Below are positions 21,178 through 29,887 of a stretch of DNA of 64,000 nucleotides, in pieces. Position numbers and translations under genes: made by a program. Within the stretch, counting starts at the first letter, position 1. Each line of letters starts with the position of its first letter. The stretch spans positions 448,001-512,000 of the forward strand of contig CAVSDR010000006.1 in assembly GCA_963726745.1 (NCBI GenBank). The letters are read 5' to 3'. The DNA comes from an uncultured Verrucomicrobiae bacterium (GTDB lineage: Bacteria; Verrucomicrobiota; Verrucomicrobiia; Chthoniobacterales; UBA10450). Under the pieces are notes generated by a model that was given only the letters and a program-made list of their open reading frames with translations, searched no databases and was not told the origin of the DNA.

Positions 21178-22275
21178 TGCGCGAGGAAAGAGCTGCCTGC
21201 GGGCCAACCGCCCGGGCATCTGAAGAAATCCGCGAGTGTCGCGGCCACGTCGGCAAAAGTCGTGCGCGTGCCGAGATCGCCTACCGCGCCGCGATGGAGC
21301 ACTACGAGCGGCACCTCCTCGCGCGTGTGATCGGTTCCGCGAAAGGTCGGGTCGTTTCCGTGATCGGCGGTAATGATCACCAGGTCGTCGGGTTGAACTT
21401 GCCGGCTAAATTCCCCCAGCCAGCGATCGAATTCCTCCAGCGCCCCGGCGTAGCCAGCCACATCGCGCCGGTGCCCGAAGAGCATGTCGAAGTCGACCAG
21501 GTTCGCAAAAACGAGCGCGTTCTCCGCCTTCGCCCAAAGCTCCGCAATCCGCTCCATGCCTTCCGCGTTCGAGGCGGTCGGATGCGATTCCGCGATCCCT
21601 GCGCCGGCGAAAATGTCGGCTATTTTTCCCACGCCGATTACCTCCGCGCCGTTCTCCCCGATCGCTTCGAGCACGCTCCGCGGCGGCTCGCATCGAGTAA
21701 TCGTGCCGGCGCGCGGTGCGGCGAAAATTCCCGGGCTCGCCCGCAAATGGCCGCGCAATCACCCGCCCGATCCGGTGCGCATCCGCATGCCGGCGCGCGA
21801 TCTCGCAAACCTCGTAGAGCCGCGCGAGCGGCATCACCTGCTCGTGCGCCGCGATCTGGAGAACGCTGTCGGCCGAGGTGTAGAGGATCGGTTTGCCGGT
21901 GCGGAAATGTTCCGCGCCCAGTTCCTCGAGAATCGTCGTGCCGCTGCGCGCGTAGTTCCCGATGAATTCCACGCCGGCCTCGCGCTCGATCGCGCGCACG
22001 AATTCGTCCGGGAAGCGGTCGAACACCGCGAACGGCTCTTCCAGGATAATGCCGGCTATTTCCCAGTGTCCGGTCGTGGTGTCCTTGCCCGCGGAGCGCG
22101 GCTGCATCCGCCCGCACGCGGCCGTTTCCTGCAGCGCATCCCAAACCGGCAGCCGCAGCTCCGGCAGCCGCTCCCGGATATGCCCGAGCGTGTCCGCGCC
22201 TTCATCGCCGTAGCGTGCCGCATCCGGCGCGGCGCCCACGCCCACACTGTCGAGGACGATCAAAAGCGCGCGCAC
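21159..22275 (-). CDS. deoB: Phosphopentomutase (apparent frameshift ~21690)
   Basis: [59 protein letters not shown]. Confidence 0.93.
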
Positions 22276-22279
22276 GGCG

Positions 22280-23158
22280 CTACAGGCCGATCGGATGCCA
22301 GGCGGTCTTCTGCTCCACGCTGTCGAGAATCCAATATGGATTCTCCGCCGCCTCGCTCTTCCACTGCGCCGGGGAGAGGTCGCGGCGCGTGTAGCGTTTC
22401 ACATTGAAGCCGCCGCCGCGCTGGAGTTCGCGCCCGATCTTCTCGTCGCCGGAAGCGTCGATGATCGCGTTCACGTCCATGTGGCTGGCAAAATGCGAGG
22501 CCAGCTCCGCGCGATCGCCGGCGAGCATGTTGACCACGCCGCCCGGCAGGTCGCTTGTCGCGATGATTTCCGAGAAGGTCAAGGCCGGCAGCGGCCGCGT
22601 GGTCGAAGGCAGGACGATCGCCGTGTTGCCCGCGAGAATCACCGGCGCGACCAGCGAAACCATCGCCACCAGCGACGGCTCATCCGGGCAAACCACCACG
22701 ACCACGCCGGTCGGCTCCGGCGAGGTGAAATTGAAGTGCGAACTCGCGACCGGATTTACCGAGCTGAAGAGCTGGCTGTATTTGTCCGTCCAGCCGGCGT
22801 AGTGCACCAGCCGGTCGATCGCGAGCGTGGTCTCGGCCTCGCTGGTGTCGCGCCAGGCGCCGTTGGAGCGCTTCAACTCCGCCGCCAATTCGCCGCGCCG
22901 CATCTCCAGCATTTCGGCCGCGCGGTAAAGGATTTGTCCGCGCAGATACGCGCTCTGCTTGGCCCAACCGCCAAAGGCCTTCCGCGCTGCCGTGACCGCA
23001 TCGCGGAAATCCTTGCGCGAGGCGCGCGAGAAATTAGCCAGCAACTCGTCGCCCCCGCGGGCCGGCGCGATCCGCCCGCTCTCGCTCCGGACGAACTTGC
23101 CGCCGATGTAAAGTTTGTAGGTCTTTTGGACTGCCAGTCTGGATTCTCGGGTCGCCAC
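22280..23158 (-). CDS. Short aldehyde dehydrogenase family protein
   Basis: [47 protein letters not shown]; about 292 aa. Confidence 0.82.
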   Translation of the reverse strand: MATRESRLAVQKTYKLYIGGKFVRSESGRIAPARGGDELLANFSRASRKDFRDAVTAARKAFGGWAKQSAYLRGQILYRAAEMLEMRRGELAAELKRSNGAWRDTSEAETTLAIDRLVHYAGWTDKYSQLFSSVNPVASSHFNFTSPEPTGVVVVVCPDEPSLVAMVSLVAPVILAGNTAIVLPSTTRPLPALTFSEIIATSDLPGGVVNMLAGDRAELASHFASHMDVNAIIDASGDEKIGRELQRGGGFNVKRYTRRDLSPAQWKSEAAENPYWILDSVEQKTAWHPIGL

Positions 23159-23218
23159 GAAGTGAGGATTGCGTATGCCTGCGAAAAAGAAAATGGTAAA
23201 ACCCTTCCTGCCCCACGC

Positions 23219-24169
23219 ATGAATCCATCCGACAAAATTTTCGTCGCCGGCCATCGCGGCCTTGCCGGCAGCGCCATCGCCCGGCGGCTCGAAGCCGAGG
23301 GTTTCACCCACCAGCTCAAGCGCACCCGCGCCGAGCTCGACCTGCGCGATCGCGGCGCGGTCTTCGCATTCTTCCAGGCCGAGCAGCCCGACGTGGTCGT
23401 GCTCGCCGCGGCCAAGGTCGGCGGGATCAAGGCGAACATGGATTTCCCGGTGGAGTTCCTGCTCGATAACCTCGCGGTGCAGAACAATGTCATCAGCGCC
23501 GCGCACGAGCACGGCGTGCGCAAGCTCCTCTTCCTCGGCAGCTCCTGCATCTACCCGAAGCACGCGCCGCAACCGATCACCGAGGACTCCTTTCTTTCCG
23601 GCAAACTCGAGCCCACGAACGACGCCTACGCGATCGCCAAGATCGCCGGGATCAAGCTTTGCCAGGCCTACGACTCGCAATACGGCGCCAATTTCATCAG
23701 CGCGATGCCGACCAATCTCTACGGCCCGGGCGACAACTTCGACCTGACCTCCTCGCACGTCCTCCCCGCCCTTCTGCGCAAGACGCACGAGGCGAAAATG
23801 AGCGGCGCCAAAGAGCTGGTCGTCTGGGGCTCCGGCCGGCCGCGGCGCGAGTTCCTCCACGTGGACGACATGGCCGCAGCCTGCGTTTTCCTCCTGCGAA
23901 ACTACGATGCGCCCGAGATCGTGAACGTCGGCTGCGGCGAGGACATTACCATCCGCTCGTTAGCCGAAATGATCTGCGAGGTCGTCGGTTTTGACGGCGA
24001 GCTCACTTTTGATGCGAGCAAGCCCGACGGCACCCCGCGGAAGTTGCTCGACCTCTCAAAGCTGACTGCGATGGGCTGGCGCCCGGAGATTCCGCTGCGC
24101 GAAGGGATCGCCCGCACTTACGAGTGGTTCCTCCAGCACCACACCGCGCCCGCGATTGCGGCCGGCTAG
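23219..24169 (+). CDS. fcl: GDP-L-fucose synthase
   Basis: VAGHRGLAGSA, AAKVGGI, LGSSCIYP, YAIAKIAG, MPTNLYGP, SSHVLPAL, PDGTPRK. Confidence 0.95.
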   Translation: MNPSDKIFVAGHRGLAGSAIARRLEAEGFTHQLKRTRAELDLRDRGAVFAFFQAEQPDVVVLAAAKVGGIKANMDFPVEFLLDNLAVQNNVISAAHEHGVRKLLFLGSSCIYPKHAPQPITEDSFLSGKLEPTNDAYAIAKIAGIKLCQAYDSQYGANFISAMPTNLYGPGDNFDLTSSHVLPALLRKTHEAKMSGAKELVVWGSGRPRREFLHVDDMAAACVFLLRNYDAPEIVNVGCGEDITIRSLAEMICEVVGFDGELTFDASKPDGTPRKLLDLSKLTAMGWRPEIPLREGIARTYEWFLQHHTAPAIAAG

Positions 24170-24759
24170 GACTTCAGCGTCAAAAGCCGCATCAACTCGC
24201 GCCCCTCGCGTCCCGGGTGGGTTCGCATGGGAATCCATTCGCGCTCGAGCGCAAATTTCTCGCCGAAGAATTGCTCGAGTTCGTCGCGGCTCACCGGAAA
24301 GGGCGGGCCGTCCTCGTCGTGGTCCGGATTGAGAAAGAAAATAGCCAGCAACTTCCCGCCTGGTCGGAGCACGCGTGTGATTGTGCGCACGTAGTCCGCG
24401 CGCTGCGCCGGATCGATCGCGCAGAAACAGGTGTGCTCGAAAACCCAATCGAAAGCGCTGTCTAATTCCGCGGGCAAGGCGAAGAGATCCGCCTGCACGT
24501 ACTCTTCCCGACCGCTGCGCGGCTGCGCGGTCGCGCGCGTGATCGCCTGCGTGGAGAAGTCGAGTCCGACGACGTGATTCGCCGCGTTGCTCAAGGCGCG
24601 CACGTCATGGCCCGAGCCGCAACCGGGCACAAAAATCTCGCCCGCCAGCGGACCGTGCTCCGCGAGAAAATCGACCAGCGCCGGATGCGCCCCGCCCTTT
24701 TCCCATGGCGTCTCCCCCTCGGCATAGGCCGCGTCCCAATCGGTTTGCGTTTGTTTCAT
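24166..24759 (-). CDS. Thiopurine/thiol S-methyltransferase-like SAM-dependent methyltransferase
   Basis: GETPW, VPGCGSGHD, EHTCFCAI, GPPF. Confidence 0.85.
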   Translation of the reverse strand: MKQTQTDWDAAYAEGETPWEKGGAHPALVDFLAEHGPLAGEIFVPGCGSGHDVRALSNAANHVVGLDFSTQAITRATAQPRSGREEYVQADLFALPAELDSAFDWVFEHTCFCAIDPAQRADYVRTITRVLRPGGKLLAIFFLNPDHDEDGPPFPVSRDELEQFFGEKFALEREWIPMRTHPGREGRELMRLLTLKS

Positions 24760-24818
24760 GGCTACGGTTCACTGGCAGCCTCCGGCATGTTTTCGCAACT
24801 TCCTAATCGGGCGCGTCG

Positions 24819-25733
24819 ATGAAAAAACTGCGCGTGGGCGTCGTTGGCGTCGGTCACATCGGGAAAAATCACGCCCGCCTCTACGCGCAACTTCCGGGCG
24901 CGGAGTTCACCTCGATCTTCGATACCGACCACGAGAAAGCTGTCGCGCTGGCGCAGGAATACGGCGCGCACGCTGCGTCTTCGCTCGAGGAATTTGCCAG
25001 CGAGATCGACGCCGCTTCCATCGCCACGCCCACCAGCAGTCACTTTGCGGTCGGCCACGCGCTCCTCGAGCAGGGCAAGCATTTGCTGATCGAGAAACCG
25101 ATCGCCGAAACGCCGGAGGAAGCGACCGCGCTCGCCGAGCTGGCCGCGCAAAAGCAACTCGTCCTCCAGGTCGGCCACGTGGAGCGCTTCAATCCCGTGC
25201 TCGGCGCGCTCGAGGAACGCCTGACGCATCCGCGCTTCATCGAGGCCCACCGACTCTCGCCCTATCCCAACCGCAGCACCGACATCGGCGTCGTCCTCGA
25301 CCTGATGATTCACGATCTCGAGATCATTCTCCACCTGGTGCGCTCGCCGGTGCAGACGATCGACGCCGTGGGCGTGCCGGTCCTCAGCAAGGGCGAGGAT
25401 ATCGCCAATGCGCGCCTGCGTTTCGAGGATGGCTGCGTGGCCAACATCACCTCCAGCCGGATCAGCCCGGAGCGCATGCGCAAGATTCGCGTCTTCCAGG
25501 AGGACGCCTATCTCTCGCTCGATTACGGCAGCCAGACGGGCGAGATCTACCGCCGGACGGCGACCGGGATTTCGCGCGAAGAGGTCGAGATCGAAAAGGA
25601 AGAGCCGCTCCTGCGTCAACTCGCCTCCTTCGTGGAGTGCGCCGCCACCGGGCGCGCCCCGAAAGTGTCCGGCTTCCAGGCGACTGCCGCGCTGGAATTA
25701 GCCGTCGAGATCACTAAACGGATCCATCCGTGA
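24819..25733 (+). CDS. Gfo/Idh/MocA oxidoreductase (GnnA-like)
   Basis: GVGHIG, EKP, GHVERFNP, DLMIHD; overlaps the lpxB start. Confidence 0.85.
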   Translation: MKKLRVGVVGVGHIGKNHARLYAQLPGAEFTSIFDTDHEKAVALAQEYGAHAASSLEEFASEIDAASIATPTSSHFAVGHALLEQGKHLLIEKPIAETPEEATALAELAAQKQLVLQVGHVERFNPVLGALEERLTHPRFIEAHRLSPYPNRSTDIGVVLDLMIHDLEIILHLVRSPVQTIDAVGVPVLSKGEDIANARLRFEDGCVANITSSRISPERMRKIRVFQEDAYLSLDYGSQTGEIYRRTATGISREEVEIEKEEPLLRQLASFVECAATGRAPKVSGFQATAALELAVEITKRIHP

Positions 25734-26836
25734 CCCTCTACTTCGTCGCCGGCGAAGCGAGCGGCGATGCCCACGGCGCCGCGCTCCTGCAGGCCCTGCA
25801 CTCGTTAGACGGCGAGCTGCATTTCGCCGGCCGCGGCGGCCCGAAGATGCGCGCACTCGCCGGCGCGAGCTTCCAGGATTGGAGTGAGCACTCTGCGGTT
25901 CTCGGTCTCTGGGAAGTGCTGAAGCAATACCCGTATTTCCGCCGGGAGTTCCATGCCACCCTCGCGGAGATCCGCACGCAGCGACCGGAGGCAGTGGTCC
26001 TGATCGATTACCCCGGTTTCAACCTCCGCCTGGCCCGCGCCCTCCGCGCGGAGAAATCGCCGGCTAAAATTATTTACTACATCAGCCCGCAGGTCTGGGC
26101 CTGGAACCGCGGCCGCATCCGCACGATGGCGCGCGACCTCGACCTGATGCTTTGCATCTTCCCGTTCGAAGCCGAGCTCTACAACCAATCCGGCCTGCGC
26201 ACGATCTTTGTGGGCCACCCGATGCTCGAGCGCGAAACAGCCGGCAAGATCACCCGCGAGCCCGACCTCGTGGGCCTGTTTCCCGGCAGCCGCCTGCGCG
26301 AGGTGCGGAAGATTTTGCCGGTGATGTTGTCGGCTGCCGAACGAATCGTCGCCGCGAAACCGGGGACGCGCTTCGAGATCGCAGCCGCGAACGAAAAGCT
26401 CGCGCAGGAGATTCGCTCGGTCGCCGATCCCGCGCGCTTCCACATCTCCGTCCACGATTCGCCGAATGCGATGCAACGCGCCGGCGCTGCGATGGTCGCT
26501 TCGGGCACGGCCACGCTCGAGGCCGCGCGCTTTCGCCTGCCGTTCGTCCTGGTTTATCGCGTCGCCTGGCTGACCTACTTCGCCGCGCGGCTGGTGGTGA
26601 AGGTGAAACATCTGGGGATGCCAAACGTGCTCGCCGGCCGCGAGATCGTGCCGGAATTTATCCAGCAAGATGCCGAGCCGCGCGCGATCGCCGACGCCGT
26701 TCTGCGCTTGCTGAACGAACCCGAGGCACGCCAGCAGATGCTGTCAGAATTCGACCGCATCATGCATCAACTGGGCGACCAACCGGCCAGCCGCACCGCG
26801 GCCGAGGCGATCCTCGCGGAACTCCGCGCTCGTTAG
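25730..26836 (+). CDS. lpxB: Lipid-A-disaccharide synthase
   Basis: AGEASGD, IDYPGFN, SPQVWAW, PFE, VGHP, PGSR, SGTATLE. Confidence 0.95.
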   Translation: MTLYFVAGEASGDAHGAALLQALHSLDGELHFAGRGGPKMRALAGASFQDWSEHSAVLGLWEVLKQYPYFRREFHATLAEIRTQRPEAVVLIDYPGFNLRLARALRAEKSPAKIIYYISPQVWAWNRGRIRTMARDLDLMLCIFPFEAELYNQSGLRTIFVGHPMLERETAGKITREPDLVGLFPGSRLREVRKILPVMLSAAERIVAAKPGTRFEIAAANEKLAQEIRSVADPARFHISVHDSPNAMQRAGAAMVASGTATLEAARFRLPFVLVYRVAWLTYFAARLVVKVKHLGMPNVLAGREIVPEFIQQDAEPRAIADAVLRLLNEPEARQQMLSEFDRIMHQLGDQPASRTAAEAILAELRAR

Positions 26837-28125
26837 GTTACGAGAGTGGCGTGCGCGGCAAATTGCTCGTAGCTCCGCGTCTCGGCGATCTCTTTCAACG
26901 CCGCGATCGCTTCCCAGCATTCCGCGAAGGTGTTGTAGAGCGGCGAGGGCGCGAAGCGGACGATGTCCGGCTTTCGGAAATCGGGAATGATCCCGCGCGC
27001 GCGCAGCGCCAGCGAGATCGGCTGCGCCTTCTCGTGCTGCAGCGAGACGTGTCCGCCACGGCGCCGCGCTTCCCGCGGCGTGCCCACGCGGAAACCAAGC
27101 TCCGCCAGCTCCGCATCCGCCGCCGCAATCAGGAATTCCGTCATCGCGACCGACTTCTCGCGAATGCGCTCGAGCCCGGCGTCCTCGATCGGCTGCAGCG
27201 CTCCCTCGATCGGCGCCATGCTCAAGACCGCCGGCGTTCCGATCTGCAAGGCCGCCGCCCCCATGCCCGGGAAGAACTCGTCCGACATCTCGAACATGCT
27301 TTCCTTGTGCACGCTCCACCAGCCGGCCAGGCCCGCATCGACGCGGCCATCGTGCGCGAAATGCCGCTGGTTAATGTAGAGCCCGGCGACCGAACCCGGC
27401 CCGGCATTGAGCCACTTGTAATGACCCCAGCCGGCGAAGTCCGCGCCCCACTGGTCGAGCGCGTGCGGCATGACCCCGACGGTGTGCGAAAGGTCGAGGC
27501 CAATGACGACATCGTTCGCCCGCGCCGCCCGGCAGATCCGCTCCAGGTCGAGCAATTGCCCGGTGGTGTAGACCACCGAGGGAAAGAGCGCCATCTGCAG
27601 CTCAGGATTAGCCAGCGCTTTCTCGATCGCGGCCTCGTCGAGAAAGCGCCCTTCACCCGCCGGCACGACGACGATGTGTTCCTCCGGATCAAGCCCGCGC
27701 AGGCGCAAATGGCTGCGGAGCGCGTAGCGGTCGGTCGGGAAACTGTGCGCATCGATCAGCACTTTCGTGCGCGTGTCATGCGGCCGGTAAAGCGTCGCGA
27801 GGAGCTGGTGCAAATTCACCGTCATCGAATTGGCGATCGCCACTTCGTCCGGCTCTGCCCCGACCATTTTCGCGACCCGCGCCGCGAGCGTTTCCGCCAT
27901 CGTGAACCAGGGCGTGTCGCCATCGAGCCAGCCGCCGATCCCGCCGGTCTTCCACTCCTCGAGGACCCGCGCCAGGCTCTCCTCGGCTTCGCGCGAAAGC
28001 AGGCCTAACGAGTTACCATCCAGGTAAATTTTGTCCTCCGGCACATAGAAGCGCGCGCGGAAAGCCGCCAGCGGATCGCGGGCGTCGAGTTGCTGGGCCG
28101 TCGAGCGGGAAGGCGCGGTCGTCAT
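26833..28125 (-). CDS. kynU: Kynureninase, second copy (L-kynurenine-type)
   Basis: IYLDGNSLGL, TVNLHQL, DLSHTVG, YKWLNAGPG, QIGTP, DFRKPD, PSPLYN. Confidence 0.88.
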   Translation of the reverse strand: MTTAPSRSTAQQLDARDPLAAFRARFYVPEDKIYLDGNSLGLLSREAEESLARVLEEWKTGGIGGWLDGDTPWFTMAETLAARVAKMVGAEPDEVAIANSMTVNLHQLLATLYRPHDTRTKVLIDAHSFPTDRYALRSHLRLRGLDPEEHIVVVPAGEGRFLDEAAIEKALANPELQMALFPSVVYTTGQLLDLERICRAARANDVVIGLDLSHTVGVMPHALDQWGADFAGWGHYKWLNAGPGSVAGLYINQRHFAHDGRVDAGLAGWWSVHKESMFEMSDEFFPGMGAAALQIGTPAVLSMAPIEGALQPIEDAGLERIREKSVAMTEFLIAAADAELAELGFRVGTPREARRRGGHVSLQHEKAQPISLALRARGIIPDFRKPDIVRFAPSPLYNTFAECWEAIAALKEIAETRSYEQFAAHATLVT

Positions 28126-28174
28126 GGCGTCAAGGACGCTACGAGCGCCGGATGCATTCCTCAACGGCGCGCGC

Positions 28175-29887
28175 TCAGGGGACGATCAGGCTCGTCAGCT
28201 CCATCTTGACCGCGTCGACCAGGCCCTGGTCGGTCAGCTTGAGCGCGGGAATCGGCGAAAGACTGAGGAACGAGAGCGACATAAACGGCGCCGGCAGGTT
28301 GCTGCCTAATTTTGTGGCGGCCGCTTTAAGCGCCTCGATTTTCTCGACCACTTCCGCGAGCGGCCGATCGGAAACCAACCCGGCGATCGGCAAGGGCAGC
28401 GCGGCGATTTCTTTTCCATCCTCGATCGCAACCTGTCCGCCGCCCATCTTTTGCAGCGCCGCGACGGTCGCGAGGATGTCGCTGTCCGACACGCCCACGA
28501 CCACGATGTTGTGCGCGTCGTGCGCCACGGTGGAACCAAGCGCGCCGCGCTGGAGCCCAAAGCCGCGGACAAAGCCGACGCCGACATTGCCGGTGGCGTG
28601 GTGCCGCTCGAGCACGACCAGCTTGAGGATGTCGCGCGCCGGATCGGAGACGATCTGCTCGTGCACAATCTTCGCTTCCTCGATCGCTTCGTTGGTCACG
28701 ATTTGTTCCGGCACAATCTCGATCACGCGGATTTTAGCCGGCACTTTCGCCGCGACGGCAATGTCCTCCGCGCCGCGGAAGCGAACGTTCATCGTGTTCC
28801 GCGCGAGCTGCGCGGCCGCGCCTTTCGCGCCGAGATACTCGCCATTCTCCGCGACCAGTTTTCCCTTCTTGTAGACGCGGCGGACGACGAATTTCTCCAG
28901 GTCGTCGAGCACCAGGAAGTCGGCCCAATAGCGCGGGGCAATCGCGCCATGATTCCGCAGCCGGTAATGCCGCGCGGTGTTGATCGTGCCCATCTGGATG
29001 GCGGTGATCGGCGCCAGCCCGCAGGCGATCGCCTTGCGGATGGAGTGGTCGATGTGGCCTTCGCCTAACAAGTCGCCGGGTAATTTATCGTCCGTGGCGA
29101 AGGAGCAATTCGCGGAATTTTGCGGCGTCACCAACGGGATCACGTGCTCGAGATTCCGCTCAGTGCTCCCCTCGCGCACGAGCAGGTGCATCCCGAGCCG
29201 CAGCTTCTCGCGCGCCTCTTCCAGCTCCGTGCTCTCGTGGTCGGACCGCACGCCGGCGAGCGCGTAGGCGTTCAGGTTCCGCCCGCGCAAGCCCGGCGCG
29301 TGGCCATCGATCAACTTCCCTTTGCCCGCGCGGATCTTTGCCAGCTCGCTTTCCATCCCGAGAAACACGCCGGGGTAATTCATCAGCTCCGCCACGCCCG
29401 CGATGCGTTCGTGATTGATCATCTCGGCCAAATCCGCCGCGCTCATCCGCGCCCCGCTGGTCTCGAGATGCGTCGCGGGAATGCACGACGGCAGCATGAT
29501 GAAAAAATCGATCGGCAACCCGCGGCTCGACTCGAGCACGTATTCGATCCCGTCCCGGCCGAGAACGTTGGTGAACTCGTGCGGGTCGATCACCATCGCG
29601 CTGGTTCCGTGCGGCACGACCGCGCGGGCGAACTCCGGCACCGTCACCATCGTGCTCTCGACGTGGAAATGTCCGTCGATCAATCCCGGCGCAAGAAAGG
29701 CGCCTTCGAGGTCGATGGTTTCGCGCGCGTCGTATTCCCCCAGCCCGACGATCCGCCCATCGTCCACCGCCACGTGCGCCGGATAGATCTCGCCGCTGAA
29801 GACGTTCACGAGCTGCGCGTTCCGGAAAAGGATTTCTGCCGGCGTTTCGCCGCGGGCGACCGCGAGTTTGTGCTCCAGCGCTCTCAT
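28175..29887 (-). CDS. ade: Adenine deaminase
   Basis: DGHFHVESTM, DPHE, DGHAPG, SDHE, REGS, TDD, STVAHDAHN. Confidence 0.93.
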   Translation of the reverse strand: MRALEHKLAVARGETPAEILFRNAQLVNVFSGEIYPAHVAVDDGRIVGLGEYDARETIDLEGAFLAPGLIDGHFHVESTMVTVPEFARAVVPHGTSAMVIDPHEFTNVLGRDGIEYVLESSRGLPIDFFIMLPSCIPATHLETSGARMSAADLAEMINHERIAGVAELMNYPGVFLGMESELAKIRAGKGKLIDGHAPGLRGRNLNAYALAGVRSDHESTELEEAREKLRLGMHLLVREGSTERNLEHVIPLVTPQNSANCSFATDDKLPGDLLGEGHIDHSIRKAIACGLAPITAIQMGTINTARHYRLRNHGAIAPRYWADFLVLDDLEKFVVRRVYKKGKLVAENGEYLGAKGAAAQLARNTMNVRFRGAEDIAVAAKVPAKIRVIEIVPEQIVTNEAIEEAKIVHEQIVSDPARDILKLVVLERHHATGNVGVGFVRGFGLQRGALGSTVAHDAHNIVVVGVSDSDILATVAALQKMGGGQVAIEDGKEIAALPLPIAGLVSDRPLAEVVEKIEALKAAATKLGSNLPAPFMSLSFLSLSPIPALKLTDQGLVDAVKMELTSLIVP

